A stretch of 64,000 bases of DNA from an uncultured bacterium (GTDB taxonomy: Bacteria > Acidobacteriota > Thermoanaerobaculia > Multivoradales > JAHZIX01). The stretch covers positions 1 through 64,000 of the forward strand of contig CBDUPA010000028.1 of the NCBI GenBank assembly GCA_965368975.1, read 5' to 3'. The notes under the pieces are model-generated. The model was not told where the DNA came from. It did no database searches and saw nothing but the letters and a program-made list of their open reading frames with translations. Positions 35,980 through 44,689 of the stretch are shown piece by piece; position 1 is the first letter of the stretch; the number at the start of each line of letters is the position of its first letter. Both the position numbers and the translations under genes were made by a program.

Positions 35980-38900
35980 CTAATCGCTCCGTTCACTGCT
36001 ACTTGTACGGGGCTATCGCCGACAATTGCAAGCTTGAAGTCTTGAATGGAATTGAAAACCCTCTCAAACAGAGGATCGAGGACTCTCCCGTCCGGAAGCA
36101 GCACGGCAAGGTGAAAGCCATATCGATGCTCCGTCAGGCCAGGTACCGTGTCGAGTGTGAGTCCCGACGGCGGAAGTAGAGAAACCTTCTCGCCATACCC
36201 GAGGTGGTTAATTGCCGCACCCGTAAGATCTCTGCAGTCCCCTCCTGGACAACCCGCTTTCACTGTTCGGAGCAGATCACCGAACTCGCTGTTGGCGTTC
36301 ACGCTCACCCGGCGCAACGAGCGAAGAGCCTGATTTCCGAACTTCTCTCGTAGCCCCTTGACCAGGCGAATCGCCTTGCCGAGTGCGTAGGTGGCCACTC
36401 CGACGGTGACCATCGTCAAGATGATATCTCTGATATTCAATTGTCCCCGATTCGAGGCGCCTTCGATCAGCAAGAACCCAACGTCAGCCTGAATACCGCT
36501 GACGATCGATCGAATTGTCGATGCGACCTGGAGCTCTCCTACTCCACCAACGAATTTTCCACTCGGATCCGTCCACCTCACCGGATTGGCCAGCGCATAC
36601 AGATACCGATGCCTGGACATCGGTTCGTTCGCCAACCCTGCAAACGGGTCCATCGACGCAAAACGTCCCACCCCCGGCACCATCCACCGAGCCCGCAGAT
36701 AGTCCAGCCCTGTAACGGCATCCCGTATCTCGCCAGCGAACAGGTACGGGTTCCGCGTCGAGCCCGACTGGTGCACCAGATCCCCGAACGACGCGAAAAC
36801 GTAGACATCCGTGAGCGCTCCGACCTCATCCGACAAGCCGCGAATCGATCCCAGCCCATCGGCCAGGTAGAAAGCCGTGGTGCTTCCGTCCAACGCGGCC
36901 AGCAGATCCGTACCCCGGACGTAGTACCGCTCTCCATCCGCGCTCAACTCCAACACGACCTGGATCAGTCCGGACGCCGGATCGACCAAGTACTCGACAC
37001 CATCCGTCGCGACGCGCGTGCCGTCCGCGTCATAGCCGTGACGCACGGTCGTTCCGTCCGCCAACCGCACCTCGACGAGCCGATCGTCGAAGTCCCAGCT
37101 GAACGTGGCACCCGCGGCACCGCTCTGGCCGACCAGGTTTCCGTTGACGTCCCAGGTGAACGTCACATCACCTTCAGTCAGCAACCGGTCACGGTCATCG
37201 AAGGTCGACGCAACGACCTCGACTCCATCTGTCGTCTCGTGGGTGCGCTGCGTCCGGTTACCCACGGCGTCGTATTCGAAGCCGTCGCGGAAGATCAGCA
37301 CGCCGTCAGCCTCGGTGACGGTCTCGCGAGTCAAGCGGGAGACCGGATCGTAGTCGTAAGCGCGCGTCGTGCCATCGGCCTCGTCGATGCGAACGCGGTT
37401 ACCGGTGGCGTCGAGGGTGTAGGCGTAGGACTGCAGCACCTCGCCAGCCGCATTCGTCGACACCAGGTCGAGCAGGCGGTTGCGGGCGTCGTGCTGGTAG
37501 GTGGTGGTGACGCCGTTCGGGAGCTGTAGCTCGGTACGGTTGCCGACGGCATCGAAGCTCTGCTGATAGGCGCGACCGTCCGGATCGGTGACGCTGGTCA
37601 TGCGTGCGGCAGCATCGAAGCCGTACGATGTCGTGAAGGTCTGCCCGGCTGCCTCTGCTGTCATGGAAGTGCGTAAGCCTGCAGCGTCGTAGCCGTAGCT
37701 CAGGCGACGACCGGCGGGATCGGTCAGCTGGACGAGGCGATCGCGGACATCGTGCCCGTAGCTTGTCGTGCCGCGACCGTCGGTGACGCTGGCGCGCTCG
37801 CCGGTGGGCGTGTAGCTGAAGCTGACCGTGGAGCCGTCCGGGTAGCGACGGCTGAGCAGCTGATCGAGCGCGTCGAAGGTGAAACTCGTGGTACGCCCAG
37901 CGAAGTCGGTCCGGCTGACCTGGTTGCCCGCAAGATCGAACGCGAACGTCTCGCGTGCCCCGTCGGGCAGAATGCGGGCGGTTTGACGACCGAGCGCATC
38001 GAACTCGTAGCGGGTGACGTGGCCGTTGGCGTCGGTTTGCGAAACGAGATCGCCAAGCTCGTCGAAGCTGTATCGAGTCACCTGGTCCAGGGCATCGACG
38101 ACGGCGACCAGCCTGCCCAGCGAGTCATATTGGAACTCGGTGACGCGGCCGACTTCGTCCGTCATGCTGAGGCGTCGGCCCAGCGCATCGTACGAAGTCT
38201 TCGTGGTGGTGCCGTCAGGGTGGGTGACCTGGATCGGCAAGCCGGCAGCGTCGTAGGTGGTTTGCGCGGTGTGACCGTTGGCGTCGGTGACGGTGGTCAG
38301 GTTGCCGGCGGTGTCGAAGCCGAACGTCGTGCGGTGGCCCAGCGGATCGATGATGGCCGTGCGGCGGCCAGCGGCGTCATATTCGAAGCGGGTGACCGAG
38401 CCGCGTTCGTCGGTGGTGGTGAGCAGGCGACCGTTGGCGTCGTAGGAGCGCTGGACAGTGCTGCCGTCGGGATAGGTGGTGAGCAGAAGTCGGCCTTCAG
38501 GATCGTAGGCGTAGCTCGTCACGCGGCCGGCGCGGTCGGTGGCGGTCAGGACTCGACCTTCGGCGTCGTAGGTCTGTGCTTCGTTGAGTCCATCCGCGTA
38601 GCTCGTCGTGGTCAGGCGGCCGAGGGCATCGAACACATACGAGGTCTTGCGGCCGAGGGGATCGGCCTCTTCGATGACCTGACCGAGGGCGTTGTAGGCG
38701 CTGCGCAGCACGGCGCCATCGGGCAGCCGGGTCTCGACGAGGCGGTTGAGTTCGTCATGGACGAAGCGACTCTCGACGACCTCCAGACCGGCTGGCGTGG
38801 TGCGCGTGACACGCTCAGCGCTACGGTTGCCGGCAGCGTCGTGCTGATAGCTGACGGTGATGCCTTCGCTGTCCGTGACGCTGGCAAGACGACCGTTGGC

Positions 38901-41327
38901 GTCGTGGGTGTAGCTCGTCTTGTGACCGAGAGGATCGGTCAGCGTGAGCAGGTCGCCCGCGTTGGTATAGGTGTAGCGCGTGGTTGCGCCAAGCGGGTCC
39001 TGGACGCTGAGCAGGTTACCGACGGCGTCATACGACAGCGCCGTCGTACTGCCCCGCGCGTCGGAGACGGTGAGCGGGCGACCGCTGGCGTCGTAAGTGA
39101 AGCGCGTCGTGGCGCCGAGCGGGTCCGTGACGCTGAGCAGGTCGTTATCGGCGCTGTAGGTGTAGCTCGTGGTGTTGCCGAGGGGATCGCGCTCGGTGAG
39201 CAGGTTGTCGCGCGCATCGAAGGTGCTGACCGTCTCGGCACCGGTCGCGTCGCGCTGGCGTACAACATTGCCGCGCTCGTCGAACTCGAGCAACCGTGAG
39301 TGGCCGAGCCGATCCGTCACGATCTCCTGGCGGCCGTCGAGGTCGTGCTCATAGGCGAACACTTGACCGTTGGCGTCGATGTGGCGCACAAGGCGGCCAT
39401 CTTCGTCGAACTCGTTGCGCACTGGCGAGATGCCGCGCGGGTCTTCCATCGCGTCGAGCAGGTGGCCGGGCTGGTAGCTGTAGCGGGCGGTCTGGTCGAG
39501 CGGATCGGTGGAGGTCAGGAGATCGCCGGTGGTGGCGTCGTAGGCGTAACGCAGGGTGCGACCCGTGGAGTCGATGATCCGGTTGATGCGCCCCTCGGCG
39601 TCTCGCTCGAAGTCGATACCATTGGCAGCCCCGAGCGCCGAGGTGTGTAGGATCCCGGCTTCCGAGAAGTCGACACCGTTGCCGTTGGCGTCCTCGATCC
39701 GCGTCACACCTTCGGCCAAGTCCAGGTCGAACCGCCGACCGTCGCGCGTGACCAGGCGCACCTGCCGAGGCTGGTAGACCTCCAAGGCATCGGCGTCGAC
39801 GAGGTGATTCGTCTCGTTGGCGTAGAAGACATTCGTGCCGTCCAGTATCTCGAGCTGCGCCGACATCGGACCGTCGACGTACTCGAAACCCGCCGTCGCG
39901 AAGCAGCCACCCGCCGCCGTCGCGGGCAGACTCAGGGACAAGCGGAAACGGTAGTGCTCGACATCGGACAGGCGAACTGACGTCAAGTGCGTTTGCGTCT
40001 CGACGACTTGCTGACACGGCAGAGACGCGGCACGGATCTGCCAGCCCTCACCCGGTGTGCGATTGTGGCGCACGGACCCCTTGCGCAGCTCCATCGACCA
40101 GCCGGGACCGAAGTCACCGACACGGCCGAGGCGGGCGTCGCGGCTGTCGTAGGTGCGTAGGACTTCCAGGTCGAGTCCGGACAGCGGGATGCGCAGGTCC
40201 GAGAAGGTCAGCTGGAAATGGCCGATCTTCATCCCGCCCTCGACCGCCACGCTGACGACTTGCTCGCTCGACTGCTCCGCGTAGTCAGTAGCGGTCAGGC
40301 GGAGCTGGTACAAATCGTTGGGCAGCAGCGTCGGGTCGAACCTCGCGAGCGTGCCCGAGGTGGGCGTCTGGCCTTCAGCAAGCGGCAACCACCCTTCCCC
40401 CTCATCCAGACTCGCCGGACGGTAGCTCAGCTCCCAGCTCTGCAAGAGATCGCTGTCGACCTGCGCTGTCACGTCGACCGGCGCGGTGATCTCGTCCAGG
40501 TCCAGCGGTGCCGTCAAGGCGATCTGTGGCGGCGGCCCATGGTTGGCGAAGCGCAGCGTCGTCGCCTCGGTCACCAGTACCCAGTAGCCGCGACCGGGCT
40601 GCATTTGCAGTAGGTCGTTCGCCCACTCCGGGACGTTGGGGTCGTAGACCTCCCACGGGTCCTTCTCGTCGAAGGCGTCGTAGCCGAAGACCCGCAGGTA
40701 CTTGCCTGCGATCGACGACAATGCCGCCGGCACCGGGCGTGGTTGCGCCAGCGGATAGCCGATCAGGTTCCAGCCGGGGCACACCGGAATCTCGGTCACA
40801 GTTGGCTGTTCACCTGCCGGCAACGTCCAGCCACCGGCGGCCGGGGCTTTGAGCCACAGGCCGTAGCGGTGGTCGATCGACGTCAGTTCATTGGCCGGAT
40901 CGCCGGGGGTGTACTGCTTCCAGGCGGCTTCGGCGGCACAGGCGTCCCAGGTCCACGCGCTCGTACCGGCCGGCGCTCCCGCGAGCACCTCCGCCGGAGC
41001 GGTCGACGCCGGTTCGACGGGCAGCGAAACGAGATTGAATTCCTCCTGCAGCGGCAGGTCACCCGCCTTGACGGGCGTCGTAGTGGCCGCGACCGTCTCA
41101 GCCGTGCCGCTGCTCGGCAGGCGCGGTGGCGAAGCCCGGAAGCGCTGCGCGTCGACGCCGTCTTGCTGCTCGGCCTGCTCCGCCGGCAGCGGAACACCCA
41201 GCGCGGGAGGGCTCAGCTGGAGCAACAGAGCGCCGCACAAGAGCTGAGCGGTGAGGTGGCGGAGAGCCTGCCACGAAGTGACGGGACGGACGGGCCCTGG
41301 GGATGCTGCTGAAGGGAGCGAGAGCAT
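35976..41327 (-). CDS. Rhs/YD-repeat polymorphic toxin with signal peptide and papain-like C-terminal tip
   Basis: AGGAGGA RBS; hydrophobic signal; many YD repeats; Rhs core 'YLRARW...GRFASMDP...YLYALANPVRWTDPSG'. Tip 'GGDCRD...YGFHLAV...VLDP'. Confidence 0.93.
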   Translation of the reverse strand: MLSLPSAASPGPVRPVTSWQALRHLTAQLLCGALLLQLSPPALGVPLPAEQAEQQDGVDAQRFRASPPRLPSSGTAETVAATTTPVKAGDLPLQEEFNLVSLPVEPASTAPAEVLAGAPAGTSAWTWDACAAEAAWKQYTPGDPANELTSIDHRYGLWLKAPAAGGWTLPAGEQPTVTEIPVCPGWNLIGYPLAQPRPVPAALSSIAGKYLRVFGYDAFDEKDPWEVYDPNVPEWANDLLQMQPGRGYWVLVTEATTLRFANHGPPPQIALTAPLDLDEITAPVDVTAQVDSDLLQSWELSYRPASLDEGEGWLPLAEGQTPTSGTLARFDPTLLPNDLYQLRLTATDYAEQSSEQVVSVAVEGGMKIGHFQLTFSDLRIPLSGLDLEVLRTYDSRDARLGRVGDFGPGWSMELRKGSVRHNRTPGEGWQIRAASLPCQQVVETQTHLTSVRLSDVEHYRFRLSLSLPATAAGGCFATAGFEYVDGPMSAQLEILDGTNVFYANETNHLVDADALEVYQPRQVRLVTRDGRRFDLDLAEGVTRIEDANGNGVDFSEAGILHTSALGAANGIDFERDAEGRINRIIDSTGRTLRYAYDATTGDLLTSTDPLDQTARYSYQPGHLLDAMEDPRGISPVRNEFDEDGRLVRHIDANGQVFAYEHDLDGRQEIVTDRLGHSRLLEFDERGNVVRQRDATGAETVSTFDARDNLLTERDPLGNTTSYTYSADNDLLSVTDPLGATTRFTYDASGRPLTVSDARGSTTALSYDAVGNLLSVQDPLGATTRYTYTNAGDLLTLTDPLGHKTSYTHDANGRLASVTDSEGITVSYQHDAAGNRSAERVTRTTPAGLEVVESRFVHDELNRLVETRLPDGAVLRSAYNALGQVIEEADPLGRKTSYVFDALGRLTTTSYADGLNEAQTYDAEGRVLTATDRAGRVTSYAYDPEGRLLLTTYPDGSTVQRSYDANGRLLTTTDERGSVTRFEYDAAGRRTAIIDPLGHRTTFGFDTAGNLTTVTDANGHTAQTTYDAAGLPIQVTHPDGTTTKTSYDALGRRLSMTDEVGRVTEFQYDSLGRLVAVVDALDQVTRYSFDELGDLVSQTDANGHVTRYEFDALGRQTARILPDGARETFAFDLAGNQVSRTDFAGRTTSFTFDALDQLLSRRYPDGSTVSFSYTPTGERASVTDGRGTTSYGHDVRDRLVQLTDPAGRRLSYGYDAAGLRTSMTAEAAGQTFTTSYGFDAAARMTSVTDPDGRAYQQSFDAVGNRTELQLPNGVTTTYQHDARNRLLDLVSTNAAGEVLQSYAYTLDATGNRVRIDEADGTTRAYDYDPVSRLTRETVTEADGVLIFRDGFEYDAVGNRTQRTHETTDGVEVVASTFDDRDRLLTEGDVTFTWDVNGNLVGQSGAAGATFSWDFDDRLVEVRLADGTTVRHGYDADGTRVATDGVEYLVDPASGLIQVVLELSADGERYYVRGTDLLAALDGSTTAFYLADGLGSIRGLSDEVGALTDVYVFASFGDLVHQSGSTRNPYLFAGEIRDAVTGLDYLRARWMVPGVGRFASMDPFAGLANEPMSRHRYLYALANPVRWTDPSGKFVGGVGELQVASTIRSIVSGIQADVGFLLIEGASNRGQLNIRDIILTMVTVGVATYALGKAIRLVKGLREKFGNQALRSLRRVSVNANSEFGDLLRTVKAGCPGGDCRDLTGAAINHLGYGEKVSLLPPSGLTLDTVPGLTEHRYGFHLAVLLPDGRVLDPLFERVFNSIQDFKLAIVGDSPVQVAVNGAIR

Positions 41328-41682
41328 GTAAAGTCCTCCTGACGACGATTTCAAAGGCCTCAAGGAACCGACTAAGAGACGGATGTCCCAGATCCTCGGA
41401 CCCGAGGCCAAACCTGTCAAGAGGGGATGGCGACTTCGCGCGCTCTGCGGCGAATTGGCTGCCACGAAGACCGCCGCGACCAGCGCAGGGCATGAGAGCG
41501 TGCACGGCTGCTTACCAGACCGGGACCGTCACGCCCTTGCATGAGACTTCATGCCAGCAGGCCCCGATGGAGTCCCGCTCAACAGAATCTCACTCAAGTA
41601 CTGAGCAGCTACAATAGACTAAGTCACTACAGGTAAATGCTTTACGTCAAGCGCAAGACTTGCTCAATAACTACTAACTATA

Positions 41683-41696
41683 TGATTACGAATCAG
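41683..41696 (-). repeat. att core remnant (tRNA-Thr CGT anticodon arm)
   Basis: CTGATTCGTAATCA on the minus strand. Flanking DNA is homologous to the flanks of the att at 53299-53347. Confidence 0.65.
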
Positions 41697-41991
41697 ATGA
41701 GCTCATGTTTTCAGGGTGCTCGAACGACTTGCAGGAGAGCACGCACATCGCCTCTAAGTACTGGAATAAATTGACTTGGAGTATTTCAGGAGCTGCCAGG
41801 AGGCATCGCCAAGTTAACGTCCCGCAGGACCCCCCTCTGGACCCACTTGCCCCGACTGGGTCCCGTCAGGAGTGCCTGGCGGCCCGAGCAATGGAAACCC
41901 TTGAAGGGAAACAAGACACTGAATCAGCACCACCTGAAACCAACTGGACAAACAGCGGGTACGCCTTTGGCCGATTCAAGGCCCTAAGAGC

Positions 41992-43458
41992 TTACTTGCC
42001 TCTCTTTCCGTGACACTTCTTAAATTTTCTCCCAGACCCACAAGGGCAAGGCTCGTTGCGGCCGACATTTCGATAGATAGGGTCCATCTGTCTCGCAGCT
42101 TCTTTGGCTGCAGCTGGTGTTGAATCATCGGAAAGAATCTGACAACTCCTCGGCACCTTTCTCTTAATTCTCGTCGTTGCCTGGGCACGATCAGCCAACG
42201 GAAACCGAAGCTGATAATGCAACTGAACCTCCTTAGCCTTCGAAATCAGCTCGTCTTCGCTCAGGCAAGCGGAGTCAGATCCGAAAAGGACGTGCGCTCT
42301 TTCGTGGACAAAGTCGTATACATACCTGAAGCATTCCGTAAATGTGGTAAACTTTTCCTCGAATAGCGGATCTTCCTCGATCAGATTCGTCGCGATAACA
42401 CCTACCTCGGATAGCCGCTCCTTACAGGTCTCGTAGAATTCCTGAGTCGCCAACCTATACGGGTGATGTCCAGCTCCGCTGAAGCAGTCCACAAAAATGA
42501 CATCATATGGGGGCTCGTCGAGCCTCTCCGCCAAAAATGCCCGACCATCTTCTCTAAAGAGGCGCATTCGATCATCTTGCTCAATAGCAAAATAGCGGTA
42601 AGCCAAGGGAATTACATCCTCCTCGATCTCGGTATTATCGAACGTGCCATCAAGGAGATAGTGATGGAGAACCATCGGAATTCGCCCGCCGCCGAAGCCT
42701 AACATATAGAAACGCTTAGGTGTCGACACAAAGACAAGGCAAAGTATCATCGCCTGAGTATAGATCCCAAGAAGATTGAATGGGTCGTTCAGATCAATTC
42801 GGGACATAATGCCACTCAAATCTTCCATCCGATCGTCGCCATAATACATCTGAACCTGATCTTCTTGCTTGAACAAGATAATGCTTTGAGTTCCTCGCCG
42901 GATGCGCCTGAGCACGCCATCTTCTGCCTCCTTGAAGTGAACCAACTTGTCTGTAACATGGAGACTATGTCTGGCGTAAGTCCAAAAACGAACTCGATCT
43001 TCACAATCTACTCTATCGATAATGAGAATTCCGTTTAGATGATCTAGTTCATGCTGAATGACAATTGCCTCGAAACCATCTGCATCAAATGCCACGTTGG
43101 CACCACTCAAATCCTGCGCTATCACACTAATCTTCTCCGCTCGCTTCACGTCAACTCGAAAGCCCGGCGTGCTCTTACATCCCTCTTGCCTTGAAACAAC
43201 TTGCCCAGATTCCCTTACTATCTGAGGATTAATGAGGACTTTGTAGTCTCTGACGTTGTCGGTACGATCTGGATGAATGATACATACTCTTAAATCGACT
43301 CCGATCTGTGGTGCAGCTAACCCTACGCCAGTAGTTGAGTACAGCGTGTCAGCGAGATCCTCGACAAGGCTCTGTATAGTCTCATCAACTGCCTGTACTG
43401 CCTTGGCGGGAGGCAAGCCGCCAAGTTCCGTGCAAGGTCTGATTTTCCTTATGGCCAT
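41992..43458 (-). CDS. def: Peptide deformylase fused to a spermidine-synthase-like SAM-binding domain and a SEC-C motif
   Basis: PDF motifs 'GVGLAAPQIG', 'EGCKS', 'QHELDHLNG'; 'MLGFGGG', 'EIEEDV', 'DGRAFL', 'YDVIFVDCF'; C-terminal 'GRNEPCPCGSGRKFKKCHG'. Confidence 0.9.
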   Translation of the reverse strand: MAIRKIRPCTELGGLPPAKAVQAVDETIQSLVEDLADTLYSTTGVGLAAPQIGVDLRVCIIHPDRTDNVRDYKVLINPQIVRESGQVVSRQEGCKSTPGFRVDVKRAEKISVIAQDLSGANVAFDADGFEAIVIQHELDHLNGILIIDRVDCEDRVRFWTYARHSLHVTDKLVHFKEAEDGVLRRIRRGTQSIILFKQEDQVQMYYGDDRMEDLSGIMSRIDLNDPFNLLGIYTQAMILCLVFVSTPKRFYMLGFGGGRIPMVLHHYLLDGTFDNTEIEEDVIPLAYRYFAIEQDDRMRLFREDGRAFLAERLDEPPYDVIFVDCFSGAGHHPYRLATQEFYETCKERLSEVGVIATNLIEEDPLFEEKFTTFTECFRYVYDFVHERAHVLFGSDSACLSEDELISKAKEVQLHYQLRFPLADRAQATTRIKRKVPRSCQILSDDSTPAAAKEAARQMDPIYRNVGRNEPCPCGSGRKFKKCHGKRGK

Positions 43459-43461
43459 TCA

Positions 43462-44688
43462 CTAGCTCCGCATGAATTCTAAGTGTCTTCCGAGCAGTTG
43501 TATCCGATACTGGATCCATTCAAGGCGAACCCTTGAACATAAAAGGGAATCAACTTCTCGACCGAGCGCCAGTGTATCACGCAGTCCAAGAATGGCATCT
43601 GCTGCTGCGCTTTGAACCGAGGTGACTGCAGTAAATTCCTTCTCAAACTCTGCAAGAGTTCTGCTTGCATCTTCCCAAGTCACGGCTTCAGCTCTGCCTT
43701 CACGTTCGGGCAGATAGTATCGATGTTGTCGTTGTGGGGAGAAGTGCGAGTCCCATTTCAAGAAATCACGAGCCTCCCTCCGCAGGATATCGGCTCTGAG
43801 AAGGTTCGCAACGAAAAGCCACTCCTTACTGTCTCCATTCTTGGTAACAGCGATAAGATTCAGAACACTTTCCTTAGCTCGATCTAAGTTCCCTGCATCC
43901 ATACTGCAACGTGCGGATACTTCTAGTGCTGATAAGTAGCCCCAGTGGTGTCCGGTCTCGGCAGCGATTACGAGAGCTTCCTCGCTCCAGTAGCCTGCTT
44001 CGTCGTCATCCCCTTGCAATCTAAAAAAATCTGCTTTCTTCGTTGCTAGAGTCATTCTAGAATAGGATGGGCATCCACTTTCAGTATTCTCCCACCCCTT
44101 GAGGAGATCGCCTGTAACCGCCAGATTTCCTGCCACTAATTCTAGATCAACCAAATTGGACAAATACTCGTCGGCTAGAAAACCGGGACCAACTGTATCG
44201 TTCTTAAAGGCCATCCAGGATTCACGCGCCAACGCAAGTGCATCTCTTAACTCACCGCGCGCTTTCATCAATTCTGAGAGTTTTCGTAACTCCATGTGCC
44301 GCCCAGCCAACTGGCCGATATACGACGAGGCTTCTGCCAAGTGCCGGTATGCAGACTGAAGCGTGCCATACGCAATCGGGATCTCTTGAGCCGCCTCAAT
44401 ATACTTGACCACACCAACATAGTAGTCGTGAGATCGGCCCTTGACCTCAGAGTTGACTAACGGAGCCAGAATCGCCAATGCGCCGATCAGTCGTCCACTC
44501 TCGAAGTAACATGCTCCAGTCCAGCGTCTTAGCATGGTTTCTTCGGCAGGATTCTCGTCAGGCTCCAAGAGGTCGAGCGCCTCCTTAAAATTGGACCCAG
44601 CTACCGCAACTTCAGAAGCAGAATATGCCTGATGGGCAATACTGCTTAGAATCTGTCTTCGAGCTGCACGCTGATGAGAGTCTAACAT
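43462..44688 (-). CDS. TPR-like helical repeat protein
   Basis: 'LSELMKARGELRDALALARES', 'KADFFRLQGDDDEA'; tightly coupled within the operon. Confidence 0.65.
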   Translation of the reverse strand: MLDSHQRAARRQILSSIAHQAYSASEVAVAGSNFKEALDLLEPDENPAEETMLRRWTGACYFESGRLIGALAILAPLVNSEVKGRSHDYYVGVVKYIEAAQEIPIAYGTLQSAYRHLAEASSYIGQLAGRHMELRKLSELMKARGELRDALALARESWMAFKNDTVGPGFLADEYLSNLVDLELVAGNLAVTGDLLKGWENTESGCPSYSRMTLATKKADFFRLQGDDDEAGYWSEEALVIAAETGHHWGYLSALEVSARCSMDAGNLDRAKESVLNLIAVTKNGDSKEWLFVANLLRADILRREARDFLKWDSHFSPQRQHRYYLPEREGRAEAVTWEDASRTLAEFEKEFTAVTSVQSAAADAILGLRDTLALGREVDSLLCSRVRLEWIQYRIQLLGRHLEFMRS

Positions 44689-44689
44689 T

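Noticed and set aside
37000-39600. DNA tandem repeats
   Set aside because: Explained by YD peptide repeats of the Rhs protein.
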